Part shown: piece by piece, positions 24,158-36,905 of the stretch | Layout: each line of letters starts with the position of its first letter | Numbering within the stretch: the first letter of the stretch is position 1 | NCBI GenBank assembly: GCA_900617105.1 | Contig: UYFQ01000422.1 | Location: 1 to 50,929, forward strand | Length of the DNA: 50,929 nucleotides | Direction: 5' to 3' | Source: Hydrurus foetidus | Lineage: Eukaryota | Notes under the pieces: generated by a model | Told to the model about the DNA's origin: nothing | Database searches by the model: none | What the model saw: the letters and a program-made list of their open reading frames with translations, nothing else | Program-made: the position numbers and the translations under genes

Positions 24158-26084
24158 ATGCAGGGTGAGCGAGAAATGCAGTCGTGATGGTTGACATTTC
24201 AACATCAGAAAACCTTATGGAACCCTACAACTGCTACATTTCATAGGTGAACGCCAGAAGGGAAGCTCAAAGGAGAAGGATGTTCGCATGTCGAACATCA
24301 TCGCAGCTAAAGGTAGGCTAGAATACTAAGCAGTTAAGGTCATTTCTGGTAATCATGAAAGCCCCTCATCAAATCTAATTGAACTTCTCAGCCGTTGCTG
24401 ACACTATTCGGACATCATTGGGTCCGAGAGGAATGGACAAAATGATTCAGAAGGGAGAAGGCGAAGTCTTGATAACAAACGATGGAGCAACCATTCTCTC
24501 TCAGCTGCAGGTTTTTCACCCAACAGCTCAGATGCTTGTACAGCTGTCAAAATCGCAAGATATCGAAGCTGGAGATGGGACCACAGGAATCTGTGTTATA
24601 GCTGGAGCTTTGCTGCAGGCTTGTTCCGAACTACTCTCCAAAGGAATTCACCCAACAATGATTGCAGAGGCCTTCAAGCAGGCTGCTGCGAAAGCTGAGG
24701 AAGTACTGATCAGTATTGCTAAACCTGTGGATCTATTAGACAGAGAATCCGTACTCGATGCAGTCAATACCTGTCTAGCCTCAAAAGTCGTACACAACAA
24801 TGCTGATGTCCTAGCACCAATCGCCGTCGATGCTGTTCTTGCGGTAATTGACCCCCTAACAGCCACAAATGTTGACCTTCAAGACGTCAGAATCGTGAAG
24901 CAAGTTGGAGGCACAATGGATGACACTGAACTCGTCAAAGGGTTAGTGCTTGAACGTGGCGCGAAGCACAATGCTGGCGGTCCATCAAAAGTCGAGAATG
25001 CAAAGATTGCATTGATACAATTTTGCTTATCAGCGCCAAAAACTGATATGGAGAACAATGTGGTGGTGTCAGACTACGCTGCCATGGACAGAATATTAAG
25101 GGAGGAGAGGAAATATCTCCTCAACATGTGCAAAAAAATCAAGAAATCAGGCTGCAATGTGCTTTTGATCCAGAAATCTATTTTACGGGATGGGTTCAAC
25201 GATCTTTCTCTCCACTTTCTCGCTAAAATGGACATTATGGTGGTCACTGACGTTGAAAGAACGGACGTGGATTTCATTGCCAGAACATTGAATTTACAAC
25301 CCATAGCACACGTTGACAGCTTTTCGCCCGAGAAATTAGGCCAGGCTGCTCTTGCTGAGGAAATCAACATCGCGGGCAGCACCTCGAAAGTGGTGAAAGT
25401 GACAGGCATCGTGAAGATGGGCCGCACAATCACCATCCTAATGCGGGGGTCCAATCGCCTTGTCCTTGACGAAGCTGACCGCTCCGTACACGATGCACTT
25501 TGCGTGGTGCGTTCCCTCGTGAAGAAGCGGTACATGATAGCAGGCGGAGGGTCCCCCGAGGCGGAGTGCGCCATGCAGCTGACCCTGTGGTCCAAGACAC
25601 TCACAGGGGTCCGCTCCTACTGCGTACGCGCATTCGCTGAAGTACGTCGCTACACAGTCCCCACTATCTAAACCACTCTTCAATACGAGCTCTAACAAGA
25701 GCATCAGAGTAACTTCCGTCCCTCCCTTCCTCTTTTATCTGTCAGGCCTTAGAGATTATCCCCTACACCCTTGCTGAGAACGCTGGCATTAACCCAATCC
25801 AAATGGTGACGGAGCTGCGCAATCGCCACGCTGCAGGAGTGACTTCCGCAGGAATCAATGTAAGGCAAGGAGTGGTGGCTGACATGTGGAGCCTTAAGGT
25901 CGTGCAGCCTCTGCTCGTCAATACCTCTGAAATCGCCCTCGCCACCGAGTGCGTTGGAATGATCCTTAAAATCGGTGAGTTCCTCAATTTTACTCTATTG
26001 AAGCATTACTTTCGTCAGCTCTTGAGCCATTTCATAACCCTGTTATTCGTCTTTTTATCAGATGATCTTATTGCGGTCCGCTAA
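24158..26084 (+). CDS. CCT4: T-complex protein 1 subunit delta (5 exons)
   Basis: Motifs [44 protein letters not shown] and [21 protein letters not shown]. Exons 24158-24164, 24247-24312, 24392-25641, 25746-25974 and 26062-26084. Confidence 0.95.
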
Positions 26085-26818
26085 GTTGAAGTATGGGACT
26101 CATCCCCGTGCACAGCAAGGAACAGTGTCATGTGTGCCAAGCGCAGTGACCAGCATTTTTATCTCCTTTTACTTTTGTGGACATTTATAGTGAGCGAAAA
26201 ATATTCCATGGTAAATGATTCTTTTTACCGCTGCGCCTTGGTGGTACTGTAATATAATATTAATGCATCTGTTCCCGCCACTGACAACTCGGCCTACAAT
26301 GTAGTACATCATCTGACAAACGATGAGAATCGCATAAAAATGATAAGATTCGCATGCAATGTGTGCAACTTCAGAAAGCAGCCCGACTCTTCAACATCTG
26401 CCTACAGTTTGTCCAGTCTGTAGGAAAAGTTTTTATTGTCCCATCGCAAGAGAATAGATGGACAAGTTCGGAGACGACATTAAATTATGATATGATTCAT
26501 CGCCAAATCATATAAGATTGATGTGAATCCAGCCTAACGTTGTCTCCTATGTACACACTGCTGTAACCTTCTAAAACGGCGGAGATGCCCTCTGGTGTAC
26601 GTACAGTCACATGATCGTTCGAGATGTTGTGACGTTCGTACGTGAACTTCAAAAACATCCCGCTGATCGCTGAAGACATACGTAAGCGAGACGTGACTCC
26701 TATTCTCGTTCGCGCTGTTGCATCACGATCAGGATTACTAAAGAGAGGCGGCAAACTCAACCAATACAGGAAAATACAACACCCTCATTGTCACTAGCAA
26801 TTACCAGAAGTCCAAAGA

Positions 26819-27442
26819 ATGATGCAAAGGGTACTTATATTTTTGGCTCTTGCCGCCACTGCCGCAGCTTTCAATCTGCAACCGAGCATTCGATACAACA
26901 GAGCTCTTGCACCCTCAAGCTTATCTGGTGTTTCAAAGAAAAATCGGGCTTGGGCTGCCGGCGATTTAGGCGAAGATATCTTTGATGATGCCGAGGAGAC
27001 AGCCGCTGACAAAAAGAATAAATTTAAACTTACCCCTGAAATTGTTTTCTTCGAGGGACCACCAGCAATTTCCGAAGTAATATTGCCAGCTTTATCAATC
27101 ATCACTGTTTTGGGAATTGTCCCATTTATATCATCTCTGTCGAGACAAGCTTGGGTTCGATACAAGTTTACATCAAGGCGAGTAAGTATCCAGAGCGGTA
27201 TCGGAGGCAAAGTTCAGACTGAAATTATTTATCCTGATGTCGAAGAAATTCGTTTTGTGTACCGCGCATTTGGATCAGCGGGGGATATGGTGCTATTTCT
27301 TAAAGACGGAGCGAAGGTAGAACTTAGGCATGTACCAAACTTCAATGATATCTACAAGTTTGTCCTCGACAAATGCGACGCAGAGTGCCAGGCAAAGAGC
27401 ATGAAAATTACTGTAAAGGACCCCGTGAAGGAAACTGCATGA
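26819..27442 (+). CDS. Plastid-targeted bacterial-type PH-domain (bPH_2/DUF304-like) membrane protein
   Basis: Signal peptide ends AAA|F and is followed by a transit-like region. FFEGPP...TM...WVRYKFTSRRVSIQSG...GDMVLFLKDGAKVELRHVPNF resembles cyanobacterial PH-domain proteins (recognition from memory). Confidence 0.75.
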   Translation: MMQRVLIFLALAATAAAFNLQPSIRYNRALAPSSLSGVSKKNRAWAAGDLGEDIFDDAEETAADKKNKFKLTPEIVFFEGPPAISEVILPALSIITVLGIVPFISSLSRQAWVRYKFTSRRVSIQSGIGGKVQTEIIYPDVEEIRFVYRAFGSAGDMVLFLKDGAKVELRHVPNFNDIYKFVLDKCDAECQAKSMKITVKDPVKETA

Positions 27443-27785
27443 AGAACTTTCGTAGGAACTGATAGGCTGGTAAAGATCCACCACCATAGTAGCGATGGAC
27501 TTTGTTCAGATCCTTCGGAGTTCTCTCGAATATTTTACGAACAGTAGATGTTGAGTCAATTGTTATTTAATCACATTCCCTGTGATGACTAGAGTTGAAG
27601 TAGGATATTCGTCACCAATAGAATCAGAATCAAACCGATCTTGTGGATCTGAATGTACAATTTATTTTAGACGGAGGAGTTAGCAAATTAAAGAAGTAAT
27701 TTGGAGATAAAAACAGTTTTCTTGTCCACCCACTAAACAAGCCTGTCCATCATCCGAAATGTTAAGCAACACTCCGAAACTGCTG

Positions 27786-28052
27786 CTTCTCGAATTTGGA
27801 GGTAATTTACATGCGCAGCAATAAAATTGCAACAACTCGAGAGAAAGTGCGGTGCATTAAATTTTCTCTGTACTGCTTTAAGTTGAAGATGAACTTACAG
27901 CATACCGCACCATCCGTTAGGTCCCGTTATGCGCCTTATGCTGTAAGATCATCTTCAATTAAAGGCGTTTAGAGCAATAAGTGCACCGCACTTTCTATCG
28001 AGTTGTTGCATAACAACTGCTGTGTATGTAAATCACCTCCACTTTCGAGAAG
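27786..28052 (+). ncRNA. Candidate long hairpin RNA or miRNA precursor (alternatively a decayed MITE)
   Basis: Imperfect 267-nt foldback in intergenic DNA. It contains a 29-bp and a 22-bp duplex, each with one central mismatch, several G-U pairs on the + strand, and no TSD. Confidence 0.45.
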
Positions 28053-28481
28053 GTCGATCCAGCATCCAGCCAAAGGGGCCCCCTTGATCCAGCCGGTTAA
28101 CGTACCTCACCGTACCTTACCGTACCTCTTGAGTACCGTATCATCTTGTGTGCGGTGTGCGGTGTGTGATGGGAGATGAGAGATGAGTGACTGGTGGGTA
28201 CTCTCGAGGCCAAGTAAAGTACACCATTTTCGAAAGTTTGTATCCATTAGGTTATTATTTCACTGTTAAGTATAGTGGACAAATCCTTGAGGGTAGTTTG
28301 CAGATTAATATTCTACGCGAGGACGATTGGTCTTCTCAACTGTGGGGCAATTCTAAATATTTCACCTTTCTTGGGAATCTGTTATGTCCATTGTGTGATT
28401 CCGAATTGAAGCCTGGCAACATTCAAACTTGTCAACAGAGGAGAATATAGACAGAATCTTACAACTATCCTACGGTGTAAA

Positions 28482-31400
28482 ATGACTGCTCATCTCGCAA
28501 CCGACCCAGCAGCCCTGGCGAGGACGCTCTTGATGCTCAGTCAGCCTGACACAGCAGTTGTGCGTGAAGGAGAGAAGATATTGAAACAGTTTTTGAAAGC
28601 GTCATCATGTATAGCACCGCTGATTAACCAGATTCGAACGAATCCAGACGAGGCAATCCGTCATCACGCTGCTCTACTATTGAAGAAAAGAGCTGCAACT
28701 CTATATAATAAGTTCAATGCAGCGCAAAAGCTGGACTTGAGAGGCCAGCTACTCACTGTGATGACTAATGAACCAATTAAATCAATCGGGACTGCCTTAG
28801 CAGGTGTAGTGGCATCTGTTGCCAAAGGCGTTTTTTCAACAGAACATCAGTGGCCGGAACTTTTTATTTTACTACAACAATTATCGCTGGATTCAAATGA
28901 GAACCATAGATGTCTGAATTACAGCTTATTAGAGCAGGTAACAATTATTCGAACAATCAGATACCACTGGCACATCATGATTTTAGCTGCAATCTTAACG
29001 CATTTCGCATTTGCCCATCTTTGCATTGATCACACAGCTTTCAGAGCATGTCGCTATTCAGCTGAAACCTCACACAGCCACACTAGCAGCGATGTTCACT
29101 GCTGGTTGCCAAGATCCAGTGAATGCGGTGTCGATAGCCGCTATGGCTGCTACAGCAGCTTATATAAATGCTCTTTCCAACGATCCAGATGTTATGCTCT
29201 TGAAATGTGTGCTGACTCCAATGTTGAGTGTGATGCACGCCTGCTTGCAAAGAGGTATGCACTACCAATATCACACATCACATCACATCACATGGCATGA
29301 CCTAGCCCACACACAGCAGCTGCTTATTACGTTGCATATTAATAGGCGAGGAAGAAACTGTTGTCGAAGCACTGGATGTTTTGCAGGAATGCATAGAGAT
29401 GGAACAGCCTTTAGTGAACGACCACATCGAGGTAACAATCACAATAAGAATGACATGATTACAATTGCAAGAGACAAACAGCAGACAGCAGTCCAATCCG
29501 GTCCTACCTGTGCATCTCTAGATGTTTGCAATTTTCTATCTGGTGGACGTCTCACAGGAAACTGTCTTCACTTCTATCCATCGCGTACAGACAATTGTGC
29601 CATTTTTGGTGACCATTCTGCAAACGGAAAGTTACGACGCTCCTGTAAAACAATCAGCAGGACAAACCCTCATAATTATGATAGAGAACAGACCGAAATT
29701 AGTCGCGAAAAAGGAGCTCGTCACACCCCTTCTGACCGCCATGGTGGAGATGGTGGCAAAATCTGACTCCTCTGCTGCAGGGTCTTTGTTCAGTTTTGGA
29801 GAGAATCGAGGAGCAAGTGGTGAGGAGGAGGGAGAGGATGATGAGGACGATGATGATGACTTCTCAAATGCCATGGATGTGCATCGCCTAGCACAAACCA
29901 TCATTGACTGCATGGCGATGAACATTCCCTCGAAGCACTTCGTTAACCCTGCCCTAACCCTCTGCGCCCAAGGGATGATGTCGCCCGACCCACAGATGAG
30001 GAAGGCCGGATGCGCAGGTACATACGTTCCCAACAGTCAGCAGAGCAGTGTAGTTGTTGGTGTTAATTGATCAGAAAGCAGTGGAAAAGTGTGCGAAATC
30101 TATCTTTCCTCTCTCACCCCGTTAATTTTGTCGCAGTGACAATAGTTGACGGATGGTAAAATTACGGAGTAACGCTTTCTTCGTCCCACACCAACAATCC
30201 ACCTAATCTTTTTCTCAGTGTTGGGAGTTATAGCGGAGGGCTGCTGTGACGCACTCAAACAGGGACTAGCTGACATCCTGCCCCGCCTGTTGGCGTCCAT
30301 CCAAGATCCTGAGTACTACGTGAGAGAGTGCGCTTGCTTCGCCCTAGGTAATCAACTGCCATGTTTTTACTTCCTCTGTTCTTCTGTCTACCACCGTCTT
30401 CGGTGTTCAGTTCTCAGAGATGATGTGAATGATGTTAGCCTCTTTTTTTGAAGGGTTCGAAGTTAGATACATCACAGCATGCTCGACTTTTCAAATGTTT
30501 ACTTGTTTATTGGTAACGCTGCACCTCTGAACGACACTGCACCACTCCATTCACAGGCCAGCTCAGTGAATATTGCCAACCAGAGATCCTGCACTTCCAT
30601 CAAACAGTGTTGCCCATAGTGTTCCAGGCCCTAGAGGTACGCACCTCCTTTCTGCTACACTGCTACACCTCATCTTTTATATTGACTCCTACTTAACACG
30701 ACTGAGTCGAGTTGAGTTGAGTTGAGTTGAATTGAATTCTGTGCGTTGTTCATGAGATCTTACATCTTTTTCTTTGTTCTGTGTTTCTATCATTCGGCCC
30801 AGAACTAAATTAGCAACTTTCTTGAGATTCCATAATTTTTCTACTTCTTAAAATCTCCTAACCCCATACCATTGGCCGTATCACACAGGATCCCCGGCAT
30901 ACTGTGCAAACAACCACTTGCTACGTACTTGAGATGTTCTGCGAGAATCTTCAACCTGAGACTCTCCGACCATTTCTCAATCCCCTTCTAACACGTCTTG
31001 CATCACTGCTAAAAAGTCCACAAAAGGTACGTACATGTGCTATATGTACGTGTGCGTGTTGAGTGAGTTGAGAATGTCTCAAGTCACACACTGGAGCAAA
31101 AAGCAAAGAGAGCGAACAAATGATGCTTCATAATCGTGCCCCATCAAAGAGCTGATCATGATTCGACTTACCCACTGTTATCCTTAATACTGATATCTCC
31201 TACTGTTCTAATAGCTCACACAAGAAATGGCACTCACGGCTATTGCGGCTACAGCTGTTGCTGCTGAGATTGAGTTCCTCCCATACACAGAGGTGAGTGT
31301 GTGTTGCGACATGGAATATTCTATCGTCCTGATATTTGTGTTCATTTTATCTTTTGTATGCATAGAGAGTCAATCCTGCACTGCACTATTCCTTCATGTA

Positions 31401-33323
31401 CAACAACATGGACGTGGGGACTAATCAATGACACACCCCTACTCCTCTCTCCACTCCTCTTCTGACCTCTCCTCTTCTCTCTAATCCACGTTGCACATTG
31501 CAGACAATTTGCTCGTTGCTCTTCCCCCTGCTGTTCAACACTGAGCCCAAGATGCACACCATGAGGGGGAGGTCTCTGGAATGTCTCGGTCACGTTGCAG
31601 TGGCGATTGGCGCGGAGCACTTCACCAGATACTTCGAAACAGGTGAGAATAACAGCCACATCACCAATCCCTACCTCCCATCGCCATCAAACCTGATTTC
31701 ACCATCTAATATTTTCACAATCCACATGATTCATCAGGCATGCAGTCTGCGATGCAGGCCATGGTGATTGACGATGATGACTTGAAGGAGCACAGCTACG
31801 TGTTCTTCGCCAACACCTCCAAAGTGATGGGTAACGGCTTCGACCCTTACCTCGAGGCACTCGTCCCACACCTTCTCAGAGTCATCACAGAGACAGAACT
31901 GATCGCAGGTGGTGGCAGTGATGACGAAGAGGAAGATGAAGATGCTGATGAAGACGGAGAGGAATCAGGAAAATACGTACGTCCCAACGAGTACGAAGGT
32001 TTCATCAACAATAAGAAGGCAGCCCTCACTGCCATTGGAGCCATGGCTGAGTACACCAAGGCATCCTTCGCTCCCTTCCTAGAGCAAGCTCTTGACGCAC
32101 TTATCGTAGACCAGATGGGCGCCTTGTACAGCTTTCACGGCATTGTACGTGCTGAGGCATTAGAGTGCTTGTCCCAATTGGTGTGTGTGGCGTGCCACGC
32201 AACAGGAGTCACCGCTACGCCCAACAAGCTGCAAGTAATCGTCCTTCCTGACCTAACAGCTGAGGTGGTAAGAACCGCTATGAAGCATTTACTGGCTGCC
32301 ATGGAAGAGGACGAAGAGAAAATCCCCGTCTCCACAGCCCTTGAGTCAGCAAGTTCTATCATCACTCGTGTGGGTGTTGCTAGTCTCACCCTCACTGTCA
32401 ATCCAGGGGAGGGACCGAGAATCATTGAAGAGCTTATGCAGCGCATCTTAGTCATCATGAACGAGAAAGCACCATGCCAGAAAGTGAGCAAGGCGGACGG
32501 TCAAGCAGATGACGAAGAGAACGACCACGACAACATTGTGATGGACACAGCATCAGACCTCATAGGAACTCTCGCAAAGACGATAGGGGATCAGATGATA
32601 CCCTTCTTCGATCAGCTGCAGAAGCCTTTGATGAGGTTCCTCAAACCCTCCCGTCCTTTCAGTGACAGGGCCATGGCTATAGGATGTTACGCGGAGGTGT
32701 TGCTTGAGTTTGGTCCGGCTGCTTTGAAGTACGTGGAGTCTGTGATGCCGCTGATAAAGGCGGGACTTGCAGATCAGATGGAGAGCGTGCGCCGCAACTC
32801 AGCATACTGTGTCGGTGTGTTGGTACAAGCGACAGGTCTGACCCTTGCCCCCCACTTCATGTCCATCCTGCAGTCCCTCTACCCCCTGTGCACCCGTGCA
32901 GCTGACAAAATGGCATCAGACACTGGCGGCGCAGACGTAGACAACGCGCTCTCCTCTGTGGCGCGTATTATCAAAATCGGTGGTGCTGCTCTGATACCTC
33001 TCGCTCAAGTGCTGCCCGTGATGTTAGCCGCGCTGCCTCTGCGGTCAGACACCACAGAAGGCCCTAACATCTACGGCTGCCTGATCGACCTGGTGGTCAG
33101 TGGAGACGCATCCACCCTCACCCTCATGCCGCTCGTCCTGAATGCCTTCGGTGAGACCCTCACTGTCAACTCCAATGCAGTCGCTGAGGTGAAGAGTATG
33201 GTCGCTCAGTGCCTCAAAGAGCTAGCTGCAGGGTCGAATCAGCAACATTTCCTAGCAGCAATAGAAAGAGTGGAACCCGCTAACAGCGCTGCTATTCAAC
33301 TGGCGCTCACTACCCCACACTAA
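28482..33323 (+). CDS. IPO4: Importin-4 / karyopherin-beta HEAT-repeat protein (multi-exon)
   Basis: IBN_N-like N-terminus (LSQPDTAVVREGE...IRHHAALLLKKR). Also LGVIAEGC, VRECACFALGQLSEYCQPEI, acidic loops, DRAMAIGCYAE and VRRNSAYCVG. There are many GT-AG introns between the ORF fragments. Confidence 0.9.
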
Positions 33324-34085
33324 CATTCCAATGCAGCGCAACGCCATACAACATGTCCCTCCACTGTCACACATTTTATTTGTAGCCCATCTCATTCATT
33401 TCTCCTCTCCCGATCCTCTGATCTCGAACCCATCATATACCAAGGATGTCTACTGTAATATATTTAAAATAAACTGAATACTGAAAACGTACTTACTGTT
33501 TCTTTTTGTCAGTGCCACAGGATGTACAAAGAATGAGACCTCTCATCAGATCATCCACCTGTCAAAATGATGGACACAAATCAGAAGTCCAAAGTTGGGT
33601 AGATACATGGGATCCTTATTAGAGTATTACAAAAATTGGCAAATAGCAAACAGTAACTAAGTTGGCCGAATTGAATTCAACGCCGAGACAGAAACGGCGG
33701 GGTGATGAAGAGTCACCTAGGCAATTAAGCCTTGAACTTAACAGAACAAAGCCGAATAAAGAATATAATATAATGTACGATACTAGAAAAATTCAGCTAA
33801 AACAGCACGGTGTTTAGTATTGTGTAATGGACATACAGAACAACGCAAAGTCAATTCAATATATATATCATCTGCTAGTACATACAGGAACGAGAGGATT
33901 GAGACAGATATAGAGAAGAACAAGTCTACAAGATGGGCAACAATTGATGAGAAATAGCGAAAAAGAGATAGACGTTAGTTGCGCTTATAAGGGGCAACAT
34001 CGCCAAGTATTACATATGCGCAGTGTATACAAATGACAGTCATAACTGAGCCACACGGTCTCGTCTTTTGCATTATGTGGTATCT

Positions 34086-35450
34086 TCATAGGGGCGATTC
34101 GTCTTGCTCCCCGTAATCTTCCGAGTTCGTTTCGGATGACGTACTGTTCTTCGTTCCGTTAGAAGATCCCGACCCGGACCCCGCCTGCTGACCGGAGTGA
34201 TGGTACGAGTGGTGCACACCCACTCGTCCAGCTGCTTGGTAGTCTTCCTTTGACCAGCCAGCTGCGAGAGGGTCGGCCTGGTTATTGTAGCCCGATGACC
34301 GCAGCTCCAAATCATGAGCCACCATAGATGCCGTGGACAATAGAGACGAGAAGAGACTGTTGCCCCTCACATAGGGGAACGAGGCGTCAGCAGGTCGAAT
34401 CACGCACACAAATTCCTCCTCATGCACTTGCTTGTCACGGCGGTATTTCATCTCACTCGCTGCCTCTGGAGCATAGCCACTTTGCCGCGATAGAGATTGT
34501 TGAAGAGATGCGTAGTGATGTTGCTCCCCAGCAGCAGCTTTCGTTGCGAGGGTCGGTGACGCGGCTCGGACTCTTTTGTTGGGGGGTCCAACATCTATAA
34601 CTGTGTTCACGTCCATGTCATCGAATGATGCTCTTTTAACGAGTCGAGAGCACCGCACATATCCCGCCACTTGGAACCCATTTGCGTCATGATAGCAAAC
34701 GCTCTGCACACAGGATTGTTATTTGTGTTAGTTAATAGCGCCTCCAGAGTAGTTTTAAAAGTGATATGGAAGTGTATAAGAGTTTTTCATGACGGACCTG
34801 AACTGACGAGACGATGCCCTCCTGATCACTGTCCCGAGAACTATTGATACTCCTCGAGGAAAGATGTCTTATTTCGGCAATACTCTCAAGAACAGTTTCG
34901 ACTGACTCAAGTGTCAATATCTGGTTGATGTGATTAGGCTCGTCGTCTGAGTCCTCCGGAAGTGTCGATTTCATACAGTTTAGGGCGCTGTCGGAAATAA
35001 ATTTTATGTTGCCTGCTATATCGATGCAGAATGTTAGTTCCGGCTGGGAGTCTAAAATGTCCGCTAGCTTCTGCAGCCTCGCGTTCTCGATTTTTAAATC
35101 TCCCATGAGTGCCTAATTTCATAGGAATAAGAGGAATCATCCTTAGGATTGGCACTGCGACGCATATAGATGATGGTATTAAGGACGGCTCAAAAGGCTC
35201 GAGAATTCACCTTCTTCCTTGCTCTTGATTGCTGCGCTGAACGCCTGTTCGCTACTCTCCGAAGCATTTTTCTGCCGTGAACCTGAGACTCGTCAGCAGA
35301 TTCGGGGTGTCTAGAATCTATGTTGTCTAAAGCTCCTCCCTCTAAAATATCCTTGTTATCCATAAATTGCGCATGCTTTAATTCAGGCAACTTTGTAGTA
35401 CAATTGCTGAAGGATTGATGCTCCTGATAGTGGAACGTTGTCATGTTCAT
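34086..35450 (-). CDS. bZIP-PAS transcription factor (3 exons)
   Basis: Basic region RRVANRRSAQQSRARKK splices to the zipper ALMGDLKIENARL, then a PAS-like ILDSQPELTFCIDIAGNIKFIS. Exons 35450-35211, 35112-34798 and 34703-34086. No LOV GxNCRFLQ motif. Confidence 0.82.
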
Positions 35451-36905
35451 CTTCCCGAACTAAAGGGCAGTCTCCAACGGGCGTGTAACCTCTACCAGTT
35501 GACTTTAATGTTCGAAGGCGCACAGATGTGCCGTTGTATCTAAGGAGAGGCTGGAAAGATTTGAAAGTCGGTTGACTTGTCACGGCCTTGGTAGCGATGA
35601 GCGTAGTAGTCGTACACTACTGGATATTGTCTCCAGCACTACTCGAAACTCGAATTGAACTTTCAGGAAATCCCAAATCTTCACCTACAGTGACTGTTTG
35701 TAAGTATGACTGGCCGACAACATATCCCAAAATTTGACCCCCTTGAAAAGCACTAACTTCAAGTACGTAAATGATGTTTCCTGAACTCTTTGGGGAAAAC
35801 ACTTTCAGGGCATCGGTTAAGTTAGTCTACAGTCTACAGGTACAGTTACAACTAGAACATTTACTATATACAAGAACCAAACGATCAAAAGCTATTTTTA
35901 AAAGAACATAACACATACGAGAGAGATTGAGAAAAGAAGATGAAATTATAGATTCACTAATTTCGTGTATCGAATGGGAAAAAAAATATTAGAATGTTAC
36001 GACTTCTTCCCTTCATTAAATATCGACATCGGCGAAGTTTCTGTGATACCTTTAAGTGAAATCACACCAGAATATCACGAATAGAACGTCTCGCTAAATG
36101 ACGAAATTTTACGCTCAATACAAGCTGATGTGAGCAATATCGAGATTACTGTGGCGGCGAATTGAGTCCAGCCAAAAAGTAGATATGACGCCCAAAAATT
36201 ATGCAAGACGCACACCATATGTGTCGCACGTTTAATCGGTAGGCTTCGCGACTATTTGAAAAGTCGGAATGATGAGGAATGATGCAGAGATATACTCAAC
36301 TGTCCCAACCCCAAAATCGCCTTCGTACTGTAATCGCGATATTTTCGTAACTCTCACCTATACTAACAGAGCCACCTCTTATCACATATGCTGGGCAGCT
36401 CATGTGAGAAAGCTCTGGTGTAATGCAGCGTATTGTTCGTCATGAAAGGTGATTGACGGCATGAGACGAATAGCACCATAATTGCGTAGGCTAGGTTCGT
36501 TAGATCCCGCTGTCCCTTCACTACATTAGTCTTCGGTCTAAACTGCTTAAGGGACTGTCTCCATTAGAGAAAGTACGGTATGATTCAAACACAGAGCACA
36601 TGCATGACACCATGACACCTCTAACCTCTCTCATCCGGTACACGTGTACACATCATAACCGTTACACGTACGCGTATCGTACTGGATTGTATGTACGTGT
36701 GTCTTGGAGGAAAGGGTGACAAGTAGTGACAACTTCTTAGGCTATTAGCTATTAGACAACGGAGAGATGACTTAGCTTCGATCTGCTTGCGTCCTTTCGA
36801 GCTTTTTTATCGTTTCAGCTTGTTATCACCCTCTTGGAGAAATGGCGGCCTCTTGATATCACATCTGCCTGTCCTCTCTAGAGAAGGAAGGCACGTTTTG
36901 AACTC

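Noticed and set aside
25074..25604. Long antisense ORFs over CCT4, importin-4, the transporter and gag
   Set aside because: They are shadow ORFs of real genes on the opposite strand.
30702..30735. (GAGTT)n pentanucleotide run
   Set aside because: An ordinary intronic microsatellite.
34800..35260. Aureochrome photoreceptor call
   Set aside because: The LOV signature GxNCRFLQ is absent.
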